Sequence record: NC_061444.1
Direction: 5' to 3' (one strand)
Length of the DNA: 64,000 bases
Position 1 is the stretch's first letter. Every line of letters begins with the position of its first letter. A program made the translations under genes and the position numbers. The notes under the pieces were generated by a model. The model made no database searches and was not told the DNA's origin. It was given only the letters and a program-made list of their open reading frames with translations. Below, one piece after another: positions 35,373 through 44,670 of the stretch.

Positions 35373-38069
35373 TCACATGTAACCCATAGTAATCATATTC
35401 AGCATCGGGTCATCCATGAAGATTGGAATCGAATCGAGTGAGTGTGAGTTACTAGGGTTAGAGCCACTTGAACCTTTCGAGCTTGGGCGAGATACTGCAC
35501 CGCCTTTAGGCTGATTGGCTGTTTGAGTTGGTGGAGGCGCCGCAACAGCAGGTTCAGGTACTTCTGTACGAGCAATGTCTCCAGGTGTTACGAGAGGCAC
35601 ACGCTCAACAGGAGCTTCTGGCTGTACTACAGGCTCAATGCGTTTCACATCAGGAGCCGCAGCCGCAACGAGTTCATTCAAACGACGCTCATGTTCTTCA
35701 GGAGTAGACTTAGGCGTAACCGGACCACGACCTGTTAAGTCAGGCAGTGATTCTTTGTTTGCGTCAACTTGAGTATTGCTGTAATCGCTACCGCTACCCT
35801 TAGGTAAGTCAGGGAAACGTTTAGCGATCTTGGCGTCAAGCTCCGCATCTGGGTTATTTACAGCTTTCTTCTTTCTGTCTGCTTCTGCAACTTTGAGCAA
35901 CACGTCCTTCTCGTTCTGCGCTCGCATCGCAACGGACTGCCGCGTCTGAGCATCAGATGACTTGAAGTATTTGTCGGTAGTCGCTGCCTTGTAGTCCTGA
36001 ATTGTCTTAATCAATTCTTCATCGGACATTGAGTTAACGTCTTTACCCTGTAGCGCATTAGAGATGACGCTTGTACCTGCACCATACTGCACAGCGGTGC
36101 TATACATCAGCTCCTTGACACCAGCACCACGCTTCGTCAAATCAACACCCACTTCGTTCTGCATCTTAGCAGCAAGAGGTGCATAGTGAGTACGCGTGAT
36201 ATAGTCAGACTGCGCTTTATCGAACTCGGCGCCTTGAGAACTCGCAACGTCTTTGTAGACAGAGTTGAACTGAGCGGTTCCCGGAGCAAGACCACCGAAG
36301 CGTTGCAGGAACGGTTTACCTTCAGGGCTGTTCAGGAAGTTCATCATGCTACCGTTGTTCGTAGCGAGCTGGTGTTTGCCATAAGACACACCGCCATAAT
36401 CACCACGACCAGTAGACACAGTGCCTACACCACGACCACCGGATTCGAACTGCTCAGACACAGAACCAAGACCGCCCTCAGCAATTGCTTTGTTAGCGAT
36501 GTCGGTTACTTGTTTGCTGTCATAACGCTTAGACGGTTGTGCTCGCATCGGACCTTGATACGTGCCGCCACCAGTACCACCCATACCCATCAGACCCATG
36601 AAGCTGAAAGGTGAGACAGATGGTGCAGGGAACTTCGCTTTGTTCTCGTTCTCTGCGGTAGTGTCGTTGTACTCGTCCATCTTCTCTTTGCGGTCTTTCT
36701 CACCGTCAGCGAGCATCGTGTCTGTTTCATCAGTTATCTTATCAGCAACATATTCACCGATAGAGTTACCGAAGTAGTCACCCAAGATGCCACCCAGCAA
36801 GCCACCAAGAGCAGCACCGGCGGCAGTGCCAACAACAGGAACGACTGAGCCTAACGTACCGCCAATCCACGCGCCAGCAACAGCACCTGTAGTGCCACCA
36901 GCAGTCCCGCCGATAGCGCCGCCAGTTGCTTTCTTCTTCTCATGCGCTTTCTCTTGGTCAGTCATCGTTTCGTCTGCGTCGATGTGCTGCATATCGTTCG
37001 CAAGCGACAGACCGTTACCAAGAGCAGGACCTACAACAGGAATCTTCTTCGCAGCACCAGCAAGCAACAAGGAAGCACCAGCAACAGCAGCGTCTTGTGC
37101 TTCTGACGGAGGCTTGGGTGCATCACCCTTAGCAGCTTCTTCTGCGCGTTGAATCTCGGGTTGTTGAGCAACTGGAGCAGGGGCCTCAGCAGGAACGGCC
37201 TGATTGTCAGGCATACCCGCACCGCCGTTCCCAGCATTATCTTGCTCGAACTTCTCTTGCGATTCGTTCTTCAACCACAAACCACCAGCAGTAGCAGCAG
37301 CGAGAGTACCGAGAGTTAACAGCGCACCAGCCTTGCCTCTTAATCGTGGGAATCTGCGTCGAGGAAGGTTGCGCCCCGGACCTCTGCGTGATCCTGAACT
37401 GCGTCCGTAACGTCTGCCACGGCGATTACGACCACCGGTACGACGACGGCGATTATCGCTGCCATTATCACCGAAATCAGGACCGCCGTTATCATTTTCA
37501 TCAGGGCCTCCATCATCGTTTGCACCACCGGTTCCGGGGCCACCAGCACCAGGCTGATTACCGTGAGGGTCTGACTTAGCGCGGTTCTTCTCTTTGAATG
37601 CTTCACGCTTTTCCCACTCAAGCCAATCTTCGAGAGCTTTCTGCGTCTTCGTTGAGACTGCATTACCCTCTTTGATTGCTTTAACGATATCGTCACCAGA
37701 CTTCTCACCTGCAATGAACAGGTCTTCGAGCGCTGATTCAACTTCACGTGGGTTTGGTTGCTGCGATACAGCACGAGGAGAAGCTGGTGCATCGTTATCA
37801 CTAACGTAGCGCACACGCTGATTGGCCATCTTCTCGCGCAATGCTTTTGCTGCACGGTTCTTAGCGCGTGACCCAGGACCGACGAATACAATTTCTTCGT
37901 CATACATCTCTGGGTCATAATCAAGTTCGTAATCAACCGCAGGTGAATCGTTAGCGGCTTTACGTTTGCGTCGCGCTTTAGGCATACCGGCAACAGAAGG
38001 ACTAACGCTGTCTGCATGTTCGATCATTAGTTCGAGTGCGGACAACTCTTTCTCTTGTGGCTTAGCCAT
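35373..38069 (-). CDS. Tape-measure-like protein with glycine zipper and muramidase-like domain
   Basis: 898 aa; GGAIGGTAGG...AAGAALGGLLGGILG zipper; SEQFESGGRGVGTVSTGRGDYGGVSYGKHQL resembles the VgrG3-type peptidoglycan hydrolase. Confidence 0.7.
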   Translation of the reverse strand: MAKPQEKELSALELMIEHADSVSPSVAGMPKARRKRKAANDSPAVDYELDYDPEMYDEEIVFVGPGSRAKNRAAKALREKMANQRVRYVSDNDAPASPRAVSQQPNPREVESALEDLFIAGEKSGDDIVKAIKEGNAVSTKTQKALEDWLEWEKREAFKEKNRAKSDPHGNQPGAGGPGTGGANDDGGPDENDNGGPDFGDNGSDNRRRRTGGRNRRGRRYGRSSGSRRGPGRNLPRRRFPRLRGKAGALLTLGTLAAATAGGLWLKNESQEKFEQDNAGNGGAGMPDNQAVPAEAPAPVAQQPEIQRAEEAAKGDAPKPPSEAQDAAVAGASLLLAGAAKKIPVVGPALGNGLSLANDMQHIDADETMTDQEKAHEKKKATGGAIGGTAGGTTGAVAGAWIGGTLGSVVPVVGTAAGAALGGLLGGILGDYFGNSIGEYVADKITDETDTMLADGEKDRKEKMDEYNDTTAENENKAKFPAPSVSPFSFMGLMGMGGTGGGTYQGPMRAQPSKRYDSKQVTDIANKAIAEGGLGSVSEQFESGGRGVGTVSTGRGDYGGVSYGKHQLATNNGSMMNFLNSPEGKPFLQRFGGLAPGTAQFNSVYKDVASSQGAEFDKAQSDYITRTHYAPLAAKMQNEVGVDLTKRGAGVKELMYSTAVQYGAGTSVISNALQGKDVNSMSDEELIKTIQDYKAATTDKYFKSSDAQTRQSVAMRAQNEKDVLLKVAEADRKKKAVNNPDAELDAKIAKRFPDLPKGSGSDYSNTQVDANKESLPDLTGRGPVTPKSTPEEHERRLNELVAAAAPDVKRIEPVVQPEAPVERVPLVTPGDIARTEVPEPAVAAPPPTQTANQPKGGAVSRPSSKGSSGSNPSNSHSLDSIPIFMDDPMLNMITMGYM

Positions 38070-38071
38070 TA

Positions 38072-38914
38072 TTAACCTCTTCGACCTTTCTGCGCTGCTT
38101 TCGCAAGCGCTCGCTGCTCTTCGGCTTTGTTCTTATCGTGAACGTAAGCACTATGCCAGTAAAGCAGTTTGTTGATCGTTATATCGTCCGGCACATAGAT
38201 GTTCTTAGCCGACGCAAGGTCGAGCGTCATGTTCATCATAGACGTATCGGAGAACACGCGGAAGTAACCGAGGATATCAATTGGACTTTTGTACGTGTAC
38301 GTGCGGAAACAACGGTTGCACTTGTGAGTGGTTTCCAGTTCGCAGCTAACGTACACGTAATTGCTGGCGTTAAGCAACTCAACAGGGGAAGCGTATTCAA
38401 GAGTTTGCGCGAGAGGGATATCGCTGTCGATATACATCGCATTCATTACCTGAGTACGGTCTTCTGTCTCTGCAAGCAACTCAGCATCAATCCAACGCTG
38501 AACGGTAGGATGGCGCAAGCCTTGTGGAAGGTCGCGCCACTTGTGCGTCACTATCTTCTGACGCATAACCTCTTCGGTGTTAAGCAGATTGCATTCTACT
38601 TCGACGAACTTACGTCCTCTTGGCCTGTCGTAATAACGTTCTCCGCGCATATCAACAAAGAACGTTTGTGTGCAACGCCACTCGTAAAGACGATGCGACT
38701 GCGGCCAACTATTTCTGTCGATCATTGCCAGCATGTAACGGAAGTCTTCGAGGTACATATCACGAATACGAACGTTGGTGAATCGCTGCAACGTATCAAC
38801 AAAGAGTTCAGGCAGTTTGTGTTTCTGTGCGTTGAACAGACTCGACATTGCATCAGCAGTTACCTGCATGATACGAACATCTGACCTGCCTGAGGGGAGA
38901 TATATCTCTAACAT
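38072..38914 (-). CDS. Baseplate hub assembly / tail chaperone (gp26-like) with CxxC
   Basis: 280 aa; begins YLPSGR, contains HKCNRCFR; paralogous to 38914..39597. Confidence 0.55.
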   Translation of the reverse strand: MLEIYLPSGRSDVRIMQVTADAMSSLFNAQKHKLPELFVDTLQRFTNVRIRDMYLEDFRYMLAMIDRNSWPQSHRLYEWRCTQTFFVDMRGERYYDRPRGRKFVEVECNLLNTEEVMRQKIVTHKWRDLPQGLRHPTVQRWIDAELLAETEDRTQVMNAMYIDSDIPLAQTLEYASPVELLNASNYVYVSCELETTHKCNRCFRTYTYKSPIDILGYFRVFSDTSMMNMTLDLASAKNIYVPDDITINKLLYWHSAYVHDKNKAEEQRALAKAAQKGRRG

Positions 38915-39597
38915 CAGTTAACAAAGACCGATGGGTTGAGATCCCATGCGCGTGTGCTGCGACGCTGGCAATGAGGACACAGGAGTTCGATATCGGTTAG
39001 CAGACCGTGACGAGAAGCGCGTACCCACTCGGACAGTTCAAGCCAGAGAGTGAGGTCAGATTGTTCTTCAAGCAGTGCAACGTTACCGTCGAAGTCACTC
39101 CCCATGTGAGCTACGTGCCAGCTAAACATATCTTCCGATGCACGTTCGTAGTGACGCATACGAGGCAGATCGAAACGCTCATGCTCTGCGTTAAGCACTG
39201 CGATAGACATGGACGTTTCATCAATCACGCCAATGTTGTTTGCAGCACACGGGAACGTATTGATAACGCCACCGTCAGGTCGCAGTTCATTCACGATACC
39301 ATCGGAATATTCAAACAGCGGTTTATTGCAACGCCAGTACGTGCGCAGAGGCAGTACCGTGTTCATCCACATACGCTGTTGGAAGACGAGTGCAAACGCA
39401 TCAGGTACAGTCAGTTCATCAAGCGGGATGTTCAGGCAAGGAGCGAGAGCATCAAGCAGGATGTACTTCATATCCTTAGCGTCAATTGCTTTAGCGATAG
39501 CGCGGTTCTCTTTACCAGCAAAACGACGCATCTCGAAAACGTCAGGTAGTTGCGCTTTATAACCACGCGACGGTAAACTCGCTGTTTGAATTTCCAT
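38914..39597 (-). CDS. Baseplate hub assembly / tail chaperone (gp26-like) with CxxC
   Basis: 227 aa; begins SLPSRGY, ends LCPHCQRR. Confidence 0.55.
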   Translation of the reverse strand: MEIQTASLPSRGYKAQLPDVFEMRRFAGKENRAIAKAIDAKDMKYILLDALAPCLNIPLDELTVPDAFALVFQQRMWMNTVLPLRTYWRCNKPLFEYSDGIVNELRPDGGVINTFPCAANNIGVIDETSMSIAVLNAEHERFDLPRMRHYERASEDMFSWHVAHMGSDFDGNVALLEEQSDLTLWLELSEWVRASRHGLLTDIELLCPHCQRRSTRAWDLNPSVFVN

Positions 39598-39607
39598 AGT
39601 TCTTATC

Positions 39608-40120
39608 TCACATCATTGGACGGGAAACATCAAGAGCCATTTGAACAGACCACATAGCACGTCCACCGGTTCCGTTAAGCGTAATGCTTTGACCACCGAT
39701 AGGCCAGCAGTTGCGGAGCTGCTGTTCGCCAACCATTTGCCCTTGGTTGTCGTATAGCTCAATGATAAGGTTTTTCTTATACACAGACGGCAATCTAAAA
39801 CCACCAGTGTACGGGTTCTGAATCAAGTTCTGCCATGCAGTGAAATACTTCATCACTGCGAGCTTCTGGTCAAGACCAAACAGCAGACTGAATCCGTCAA
39901 CGCTCGAACCGTGTGGCCAGTTGATAGTAACCGTAGCCACTTCTTTTGATTTCGATTGATAGACGGAGAATGGCAGGTCAACTTCTTCACACGCGAACGG
40001 GCTTAACGATACATTACCAATTACAGGAAATTCTCGCACACGCCACTTGTCTTGCATGAAGGGATCGTCAAGGCCAGGAGCAGAAGAATCATTCAGGTCA
40101 TCAAGCGTTGGCAACGGCAT
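39608..40120 (-). CDS. Tail tube protein paralogue (gp19/gp54-like)
   Basis: 170 aa; YKKNLIIELYDNQGQMVGEQQLRNCWP parallels the tube gene at 40849. Confidence 0.7.
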   Translation of the reverse strand: MPLPTLDDLNDSSAPGLDDPFMQDKWRVREFPVIGNVSLSPFACEEVDLPFSVYQSKSKEVATVTINWPHGSSVDGFSLLFGLDQKLAVMKYFTAWQNLIQNPYTGGFRLPSVYKKNLIIELYDNQGQMVGEQQLRNCWPIGGQSITLNGTGGRAMWSVQMALDVSRPMM

Positions 40121-40122
40121 GA

Positions 40123-40797
40123 TCAGTCCTCTACAATAACAAGCACAGGTCTAACAGCATCGTCGAACTTGAGGAACGTAGCGCCAACCAGATAGCCGCC
40201 GTTTTCAATTTGCTTGACTACAGCTTTCTCATAATCCGTTTCCCACTTCTCACGCTGATTAGCCTTGTAGCCGTCAAACGTTTCAGACGCATCGTAGTAG
40301 TTATACGTGCCGCCTGTTGGCATTGGGATTCGAGCAAGGAACTCAATACGACCAGCGTTCTTAAACTTGGTCTTACGCAGTTCTTGAGTCAGCTTAGTGT
40401 TCTCTGCTTTAGAGCCGGGAACAGCCTTGAACGGTTTCTTCGGTTGTGGTTCTTTAGGCGCAGCAGGGAGTTTCTCACGCGCAGAGGTATTTTTATCAGT
40501 CGCTTTCTTAACGCGAATGCCGGACACAGTACCAGTGAACGGACGACTGCGGCCAAGCAACGAACGTGCTGTAGCAGCATCGACTTCAAACACTACCGAC
40601 GGATCATCCTTATGCAGCACATAGAACTTGTTGCGCTTTGAAGCCTTGATACCGAAAACATCTTTCTCCTCGATATCAGCTTCATGCTCTTTGTTCTCAA
40701 TGCTTACCTTGCGCTTACCTTCGAAGCGATACCAGTCGCAATCTTGAATAGACACGTCCGGCAGTTTACGTGCGCTCTCGCTCAGTAGAATAAGCAT
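40123..40797 (-). CDS. Hypothetical protein, candidate head protein (224 aa)
   Basis: LLSESA then shared domain DWYRFEGKRKV...EKDVFGI...RSRPF. Confidence 0.7.
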   Translation of the reverse strand: MLILLSESARKLPDVSIQDCDWYRFEGKRKVSIENKEHEADIEEKDVFGIKASKRNKFYVLHKDDPSVVFEVDAATARSLLGRSRPFTGTVSGIRVKKATDKNTSAREKLPAAPKEPQPKKPFKAVPGSKAENTKLTQELRKTKFKNAGRIEFLARIPMPTGGTYNYYDASETFDGYKANQREKWETDYEKAVVKQIENGGYLVGATFLKFDDAVRPVLVIVED

Positions 40798-40812
40798 AGT
40801 CTCTCCAAAACG

Positions 40813-40842
40813 AAAAAGGGCCAGAACGAATCTTGGCCCTTG
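40813..40842 (-). terminator. Rho-independent terminator after the tail tube gene
   Basis: Minus strand AAGGGCCAAGA-TTCG-TTCTGGCCCTTTTTCG. Confidence 0.8.
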
Positions 40843-40848
40843 TGTTTC

Positions 40849-41361
40849 TTACGATGCGAGTTCGGCGTAGTCGAAGGACCATTCGATTGATACCGGAACA
40901 GCCTGCGCAGCACCAGAGAACTGCAAGTCAGGAACCTGTTTCGGCCACACACCGTAGATGTTGTACTCAGCAACTACAGAGCCGTCCATATCGAAGATAC
41001 GGAAGATTGCTTTGGTCGCGTAGTCAGCTTTACGTGCGCCCAGCTGGGTTTGAGTAGCACGAACGAACTCATGCCATTCTTCCAGTTGTTTGTACACTGC
41101 CATTTCTGAGTTTTCGTTGTACTCAGTGGACAGCGCGTGAGAGAAGATCTTACGACCAGCGTAGTTGAGCTGGTGGCCGAACGCTTCTTTCAGCACTTCT
41201 TCCAGAGTAGAACCTGGCTTAACACCAGTCTTACAGAACAGGCGCAGAGTACGCGCATAGTCCGTACCACCGACAGGCGGGTTTGGAATCAGGAACTCGA
41301 AGTTGTCATCGAGTAACGGATCTTTCGTAGACGCAAATTCGTCAAGAGTTACCTTTGGCAT
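40849..41361 (-). CDS. Tail tube protein (T4 gp19-like)
   Basis: 170 aa after the sheath gene; YATKAIFRIFDMDG...YNIYGVWP...FSFD-type terminus. Confidence 0.85.
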   Translation of the reverse strand: MPKVTLDEFASTKDPLLDDNFEFLIPNPPVGGTDYARTLRLFCKTGVKPGSTLEEVLKEAFGHQLNYAGRKIFSHALSTEYNENSEMAVYKQLEEWHEFVRATQTQLGARKADYATKAIFRIFDMDGSVVAEYNIYGVWPKQVPDLQFSGAAQAVPVSIEWSFDYAELAS

Positions 41362-41372
41362 CTAAAAGCTCC

Positions 41373-43058
41373 TTAGAGTGCACCAGAGTTAATCAGTTGC
41401 AGCGCGTACTGAATATCGCCGACAGGTGGCACGATAGCAGTTACGTGAATGCGTTTGGTGTAGCGAGTCGGGTCAAGGAACACGTCGATGATCAGATCGC
41501 CACGCGCTTCGTCTTCTGCGGTGTTGTTCTTGTAGTCACACTGGACTGCATACCAACGCAAACCACGGCCGGTCTTAATCGGTTCGAGGATTGCTTCCAT
41601 CGCAGACTTCTGGCGCTGTTTCAGAATGTCGTCGTTCGGTTCGAAGACAGCACTCAGGTTGTTAGCGCGAGCAGAAGCATGAAGCATTGCCAGCAGACGA
41701 CGAATGCCGATATCCTGCAGCGGGCTCTTAGTGGTGTACGTTGTATCAGCACCCCACATGAAGATACCTTCACCTTCGAATACAGCAATCGGGTTAATCT
41801 GGTTGTCTACCAGAATGTCACGGTCGCCTTGTTTAAAGCGATAGCGCACGTCAGTAGCGAAGTCCAGCTTACCACGATTCAGACCGCCAGGTGCTAACCA
41901 CGATGCTACTTGGTCGGCAGTCAACATGCAGTACGCCATACACACAGACGCTGGCACGTAGTAGTCACGCGCGTTGTCATTGTCACGGGTTTTAACGTCA
42001 GCGTTCGAGATAGCCGACCAAGAACCGATGATAGAGAACTCTGCTTGCTGATAAGGCTTGTTACCGCGACGATACGCAACAGCGTTGTCACGCGACTGCA
42101 ACGGAACAGGAACACCGTGAGTGGCGATACAGTCCATGCGGCTCTCAGCCAATTCATCGATCTTGTTCGCAATCACAGGATGCTCAAGACCACCAGAGCA
42201 CAGAATGCCAGCCTGAACATCTTCCCAGTCACGGTAGTTGTCCCACGCGCTAAGGACAGCAGACAGACTCTGATTAGCGATAGTCGCGTCAGAATGGTCT
42301 ACGTCAATAACAGAACCGTCACTACCACCAGTGAACTGACCGTTAGGAGCAGTCGGGTTTGTTGGGTCAGCAGGGCCACCGCCGATGGAGTTGATGACCA
42401 CATAGTTCGGGTCTTCCAGCAGCTTGTAGTGGTTTTCGTTCAGCTTAACGCGGATGTACTTGGAGTTAACGTTGATAACGTCTTCAATGAAGAACTGATT
42501 ACCAGCTTCGTCTTTCCAGTAGCGCGTTGTAACAGTGTGCGTTTCCAGCGGCGTGAGATAACCGACTTGATACACTTTGATCAGGGACTTATAGCCCAGA
42601 GGATCTGTTACGTCAGGCTCGAACGTGATGTACAGGTTGTTCGCCGCTGCATACTGAGACATTGCGTAAATCAGGCAGATATCGCGATCAGAGAAAGCAA
42701 TCTGCTCAGGGTCAACAAGTCCAGCGTCACCGAGAGGGCGGCAGGTGGCAAAGTTATTATAAGTTGTGAGGTACACACCTGCGTATTTCACAGAGAGAGC
42801 GACACGCGTAATGTTCAGCTTGGTTGCTTTCGTCATCAGAAGTTTTGCGTTCTGGACGTTGTTAGCGTACTGCCCCGTTGCTGGACCAAAAATTGCGTCA
42901 ATCTCATCCTTAGAGGTAACAGTTGTGTTAACACCCACAGGTCCGCGAGGGAACGGCAGCACCAGAGTACACATGCCATACTGCACAAGTGACGCTTGGT
43001 TGCTGCGGTCATTCTCCTGCGAATAGACCCCCGGAGAGGGGTGATTAGGTTGTAACAT
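41373..43058 (-). CDS. Contractile tail sheath protein
   Basis: 561 aa; SPGVYSQE N-terminus, WLAPGGLNRG, NQINPI...WGADT, IGIRRLL, CDYKNNT sheath motifs. Confidence 0.92.
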   Translation of the reverse strand: MLQPNHPSPGVYSQENDRSNQASLVQYGMCTLVLPFPRGPVGVNTTVTSKDEIDAIFGPATGQYANNVQNAKLLMTKATKLNITRVALSVKYAGVYLTTYNNFATCRPLGDAGLVDPEQIAFSDRDICLIYAMSQYAAANNLYITFEPDVTDPLGYKSLIKVYQVGYLTPLETHTVTTRYWKDEAGNQFFIEDVINVNSKYIRVKLNENHYKLLEDPNYVVINSIGGGPADPTNPTAPNGQFTGGSDGSVIDVDHSDATIANQSLSAVLSAWDNYRDWEDVQAGILCSGGLEHPVIANKIDELAESRMDCIATHGVPVPLQSRDNAVAYRRGNKPYQQAEFSIIGSWSAISNADVKTRDNDNARDYYVPASVCMAYCMLTADQVASWLAPGGLNRGKLDFATDVRYRFKQGDRDILVDNQINPIAVFEGEGIFMWGADTTYTTKSPLQDIGIRRLLAMLHASARANNLSAVFEPNDDILKQRQKSAMEAILEPIKTGRGLRWYAVQCDYKNNTAEDEARGDLIIDVFLDPTRYTKRIHVTAIVPPVGDIQYALQLINSGAL

Positions 43059-43114
43059 CGTGAATCTCCATAAGAATGGGCATCGTGTAACGACTGTATG
43101 AAATTAGCGAGAAC

Positions 43115-43459
43115 TCAATAGCAAACCACATTAACTCGCTGATCCACGTCACTTACCAGAACGGATTGTGCCATCTTGCCTGTAAGCGTGAATTGCCCTT
43201 CGATAATCATCTGGCCACCAGCGAACTGGAGGATGATTGGCTCTGCGGTATCAATGTACAGCAGACCTTTAATCTCAGGCAACTGATAGCCTTTAGGTCC
43301 GACGATAACACTCTGCATCTGGAAATCACCATCAAGGGGAATCCCTACAGCGTGTGACTGTCGTTTGAGAATAGCGTTCTGGTTAGAAGTAACAGAGCGC
43401 ACACGACTATCAATGACAAGAGTACGGTCGAGCTTACGATACTTCTCGCGTGTGTACAT
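43115..43459 (-). CDS. Hypothetical structural protein (114 aa)
   Basis: Packed ORF between neck-like gene and sheath. Confidence 0.6.
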   Translation of the reverse strand: MYTREKYRKLDRTLVIDSRVRSVTSNQNAILKRQSHAVGIPLDGDFQMQSVIVGPKGYQLPEIKGLLYIDTAEPIILQFAGGQMIIEGQFTLTGKMAQSVLVSDVDQRVNVVCY

Positions 43460-44142
43460 TAGTCTACTTCCTCCTCGTCTTGTTCAGCAGCAGCGCGTGG
43501 ACCGAAGTCGATATCAATCTCGGTGTTTTCAGTAATCTCACCGTAGTTGTTTATCTTCGCCTGCTCCATGTTGAAACCAATCTTCGAGTGAATCGTGATT
43601 GGAATCTCCAGTTCGAAACTGCCGGGCGTACTACCTTCATCGAGGTCATCAATGTTAGGCATAGGCAGAGAGTCATCCAGCTTGACACGCGCAGTCCACT
43701 TAGCAGTAGGCATCTCAATAGAGAAACTCATGAGATCTGTCAGGCCCGCTATCATCGCTTGCTGCACGAACAACAGCGCTTGGTCGATGTTCATAAACTT
43801 AACGAACAATGAACCGGTAAGCGTAATAGGGAAGTAGTAGTTAGTGACGACGATTGCGTTCGTATCGTCTTTGCCTAACGCCCAGCCACTGCCATGACGT
43901 GCGATGTTCTTAATGTTCACGGACTCTTCACGGTTGAATGCGATGTTCGGTAGTTTGAACCAACCGTATGGATAGTCAGTGCTTTGATTGTTCGTTGCAC
44001 GAATACCCTGCTTAGGGTTGTTATGCACAGACCAAACAAAACGCTTTAACCCGAAGCCCTGTCTGAATTGACGCTGAAAGCCAAAGATGGTTGCTCGTAG
44101 CGATGTACTGCCCTTGAGCATACCTGCAATGTTTGCACTCAT
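43459..44142 (-). CDS. Probable neck / tail-terminator protein
   Basis: ORF 43459..44217; start moved to MSANIA (44142, GGAG RBS) because the longer start overlaps a terminator; position between capsid and sheath. Confidence 0.5.
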   Translation of the reverse strand: MSANIAGMLKGSTSLRATIFGFQRQFRQGFGLKRFVWSVHNNPKQGIRATNNQSTDYPYGWFKLPNIAFNREESVNIKNIARHGSGWALGKDDTNAIVVTNYYFPITLTGSLFVKFMNIDQALLFVQQAMIAGLTDLMSFSIEMPTAKWTARVKLDDSLPMPNIDDLDEGSTPGSFELEIPITIHSKIGFNMEQAKINNYGEITENTEIDIDFGPRAAAEQDEEEVD

Positions 44143-44160
44143 TTGCGGTGCTCCAGATAC

Positions 44161-44190
44161 GAAAAAGGGCAGCCTATTGGCCACCCTTTT
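44161..44190 (-). terminator. Rho-independent terminator
   Basis: Minus strand AAAAGGGTGGCC-AATA-GGCTGCCCTTTTTC. Confidence 0.75.
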
Positions 44191-44209
44191 GGTTACCCGT
44201 AATCGGGTG

Positions 44210-44617
44210 TTAATCAAGTCGTAAACGAATCAACGCGGAAGGGGCAGATGAATCGGATTCGATTGCATCGTCTGCATCATCCTCTTCTTCATCATTAAGC
44301 TCGTCTTCCAATTCGTCTTCAACATCTTCGTCGGAGTTGAGACTAATAACTTCGTCGTCATACAACGACTGTTCTTCCTCGGCATTAAGCTCTAAAGCAG
44401 CAGACAACGCAGCAACGGATTCGCTCATACCGGATGCGCTACTCACAGAGTTTACCAAGCAAGAAGCCTGGAAGTTATCAGCGAGTTCGCATTCGAGAAA
44501 GTCCTCAGTGTCTGGAGCAACAGCAGCTTGCGCAAGCAAGCGAGCAGCATCAGTCCACTGTCCGTCACGCGCTGCGACGATTGCCAGTGCAGCTAAGGAA
44601 CCAGATAAAGTCTTCAT
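44210..44617 (-). CDS. Small acidic head-associated protein (135 aa)
   Basis: Follows the capsid gene; Asp/Glu-rich C-terminus with S-x-S motifs. Confidence 0.65.
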   Translation of the reverse strand: MKTLSGSLAALAIVAARDGQWTDAARLLAQAAVAPDTEDFLECELADNFQASCLVNSVSSASGMSESVAALSAALELNAEEEQSLYDDEVISLNSDEDVEDELEDELNDEEEDDADDAIESDSSAPSALIRLRLD

Positions 44618-44634
44618 GCTTGGTCCTCAGTAGT

Positions 44635-44658
44635 GAGGGCAGCGTTATGCTACCCTCG
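44635..44658 (-). terminator. Stem-loop after the major capsid gene (processing/stability element, no U tract)
   Basis: GAGGGTAGC-ATAAC-GCTGCCCTC on the minus strand. Confidence 0.45.
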
Positions 44659-44670
44659 TCGCACAGTCAA

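Noticed and set aside
38900-38930. Programmed frameshift joining the two chaperone-like genes before the tape measure
   Set aside because: No slippery heptamer seen; ordinary one-base stop/start overlap and both genes look like complete paralogues
44143-44217. Longer N-terminus MINTRLRVTK for 43459..44217
   Set aside because: Overlaps a terminator hairpin; ATG at 44142 has a GGAG RBS
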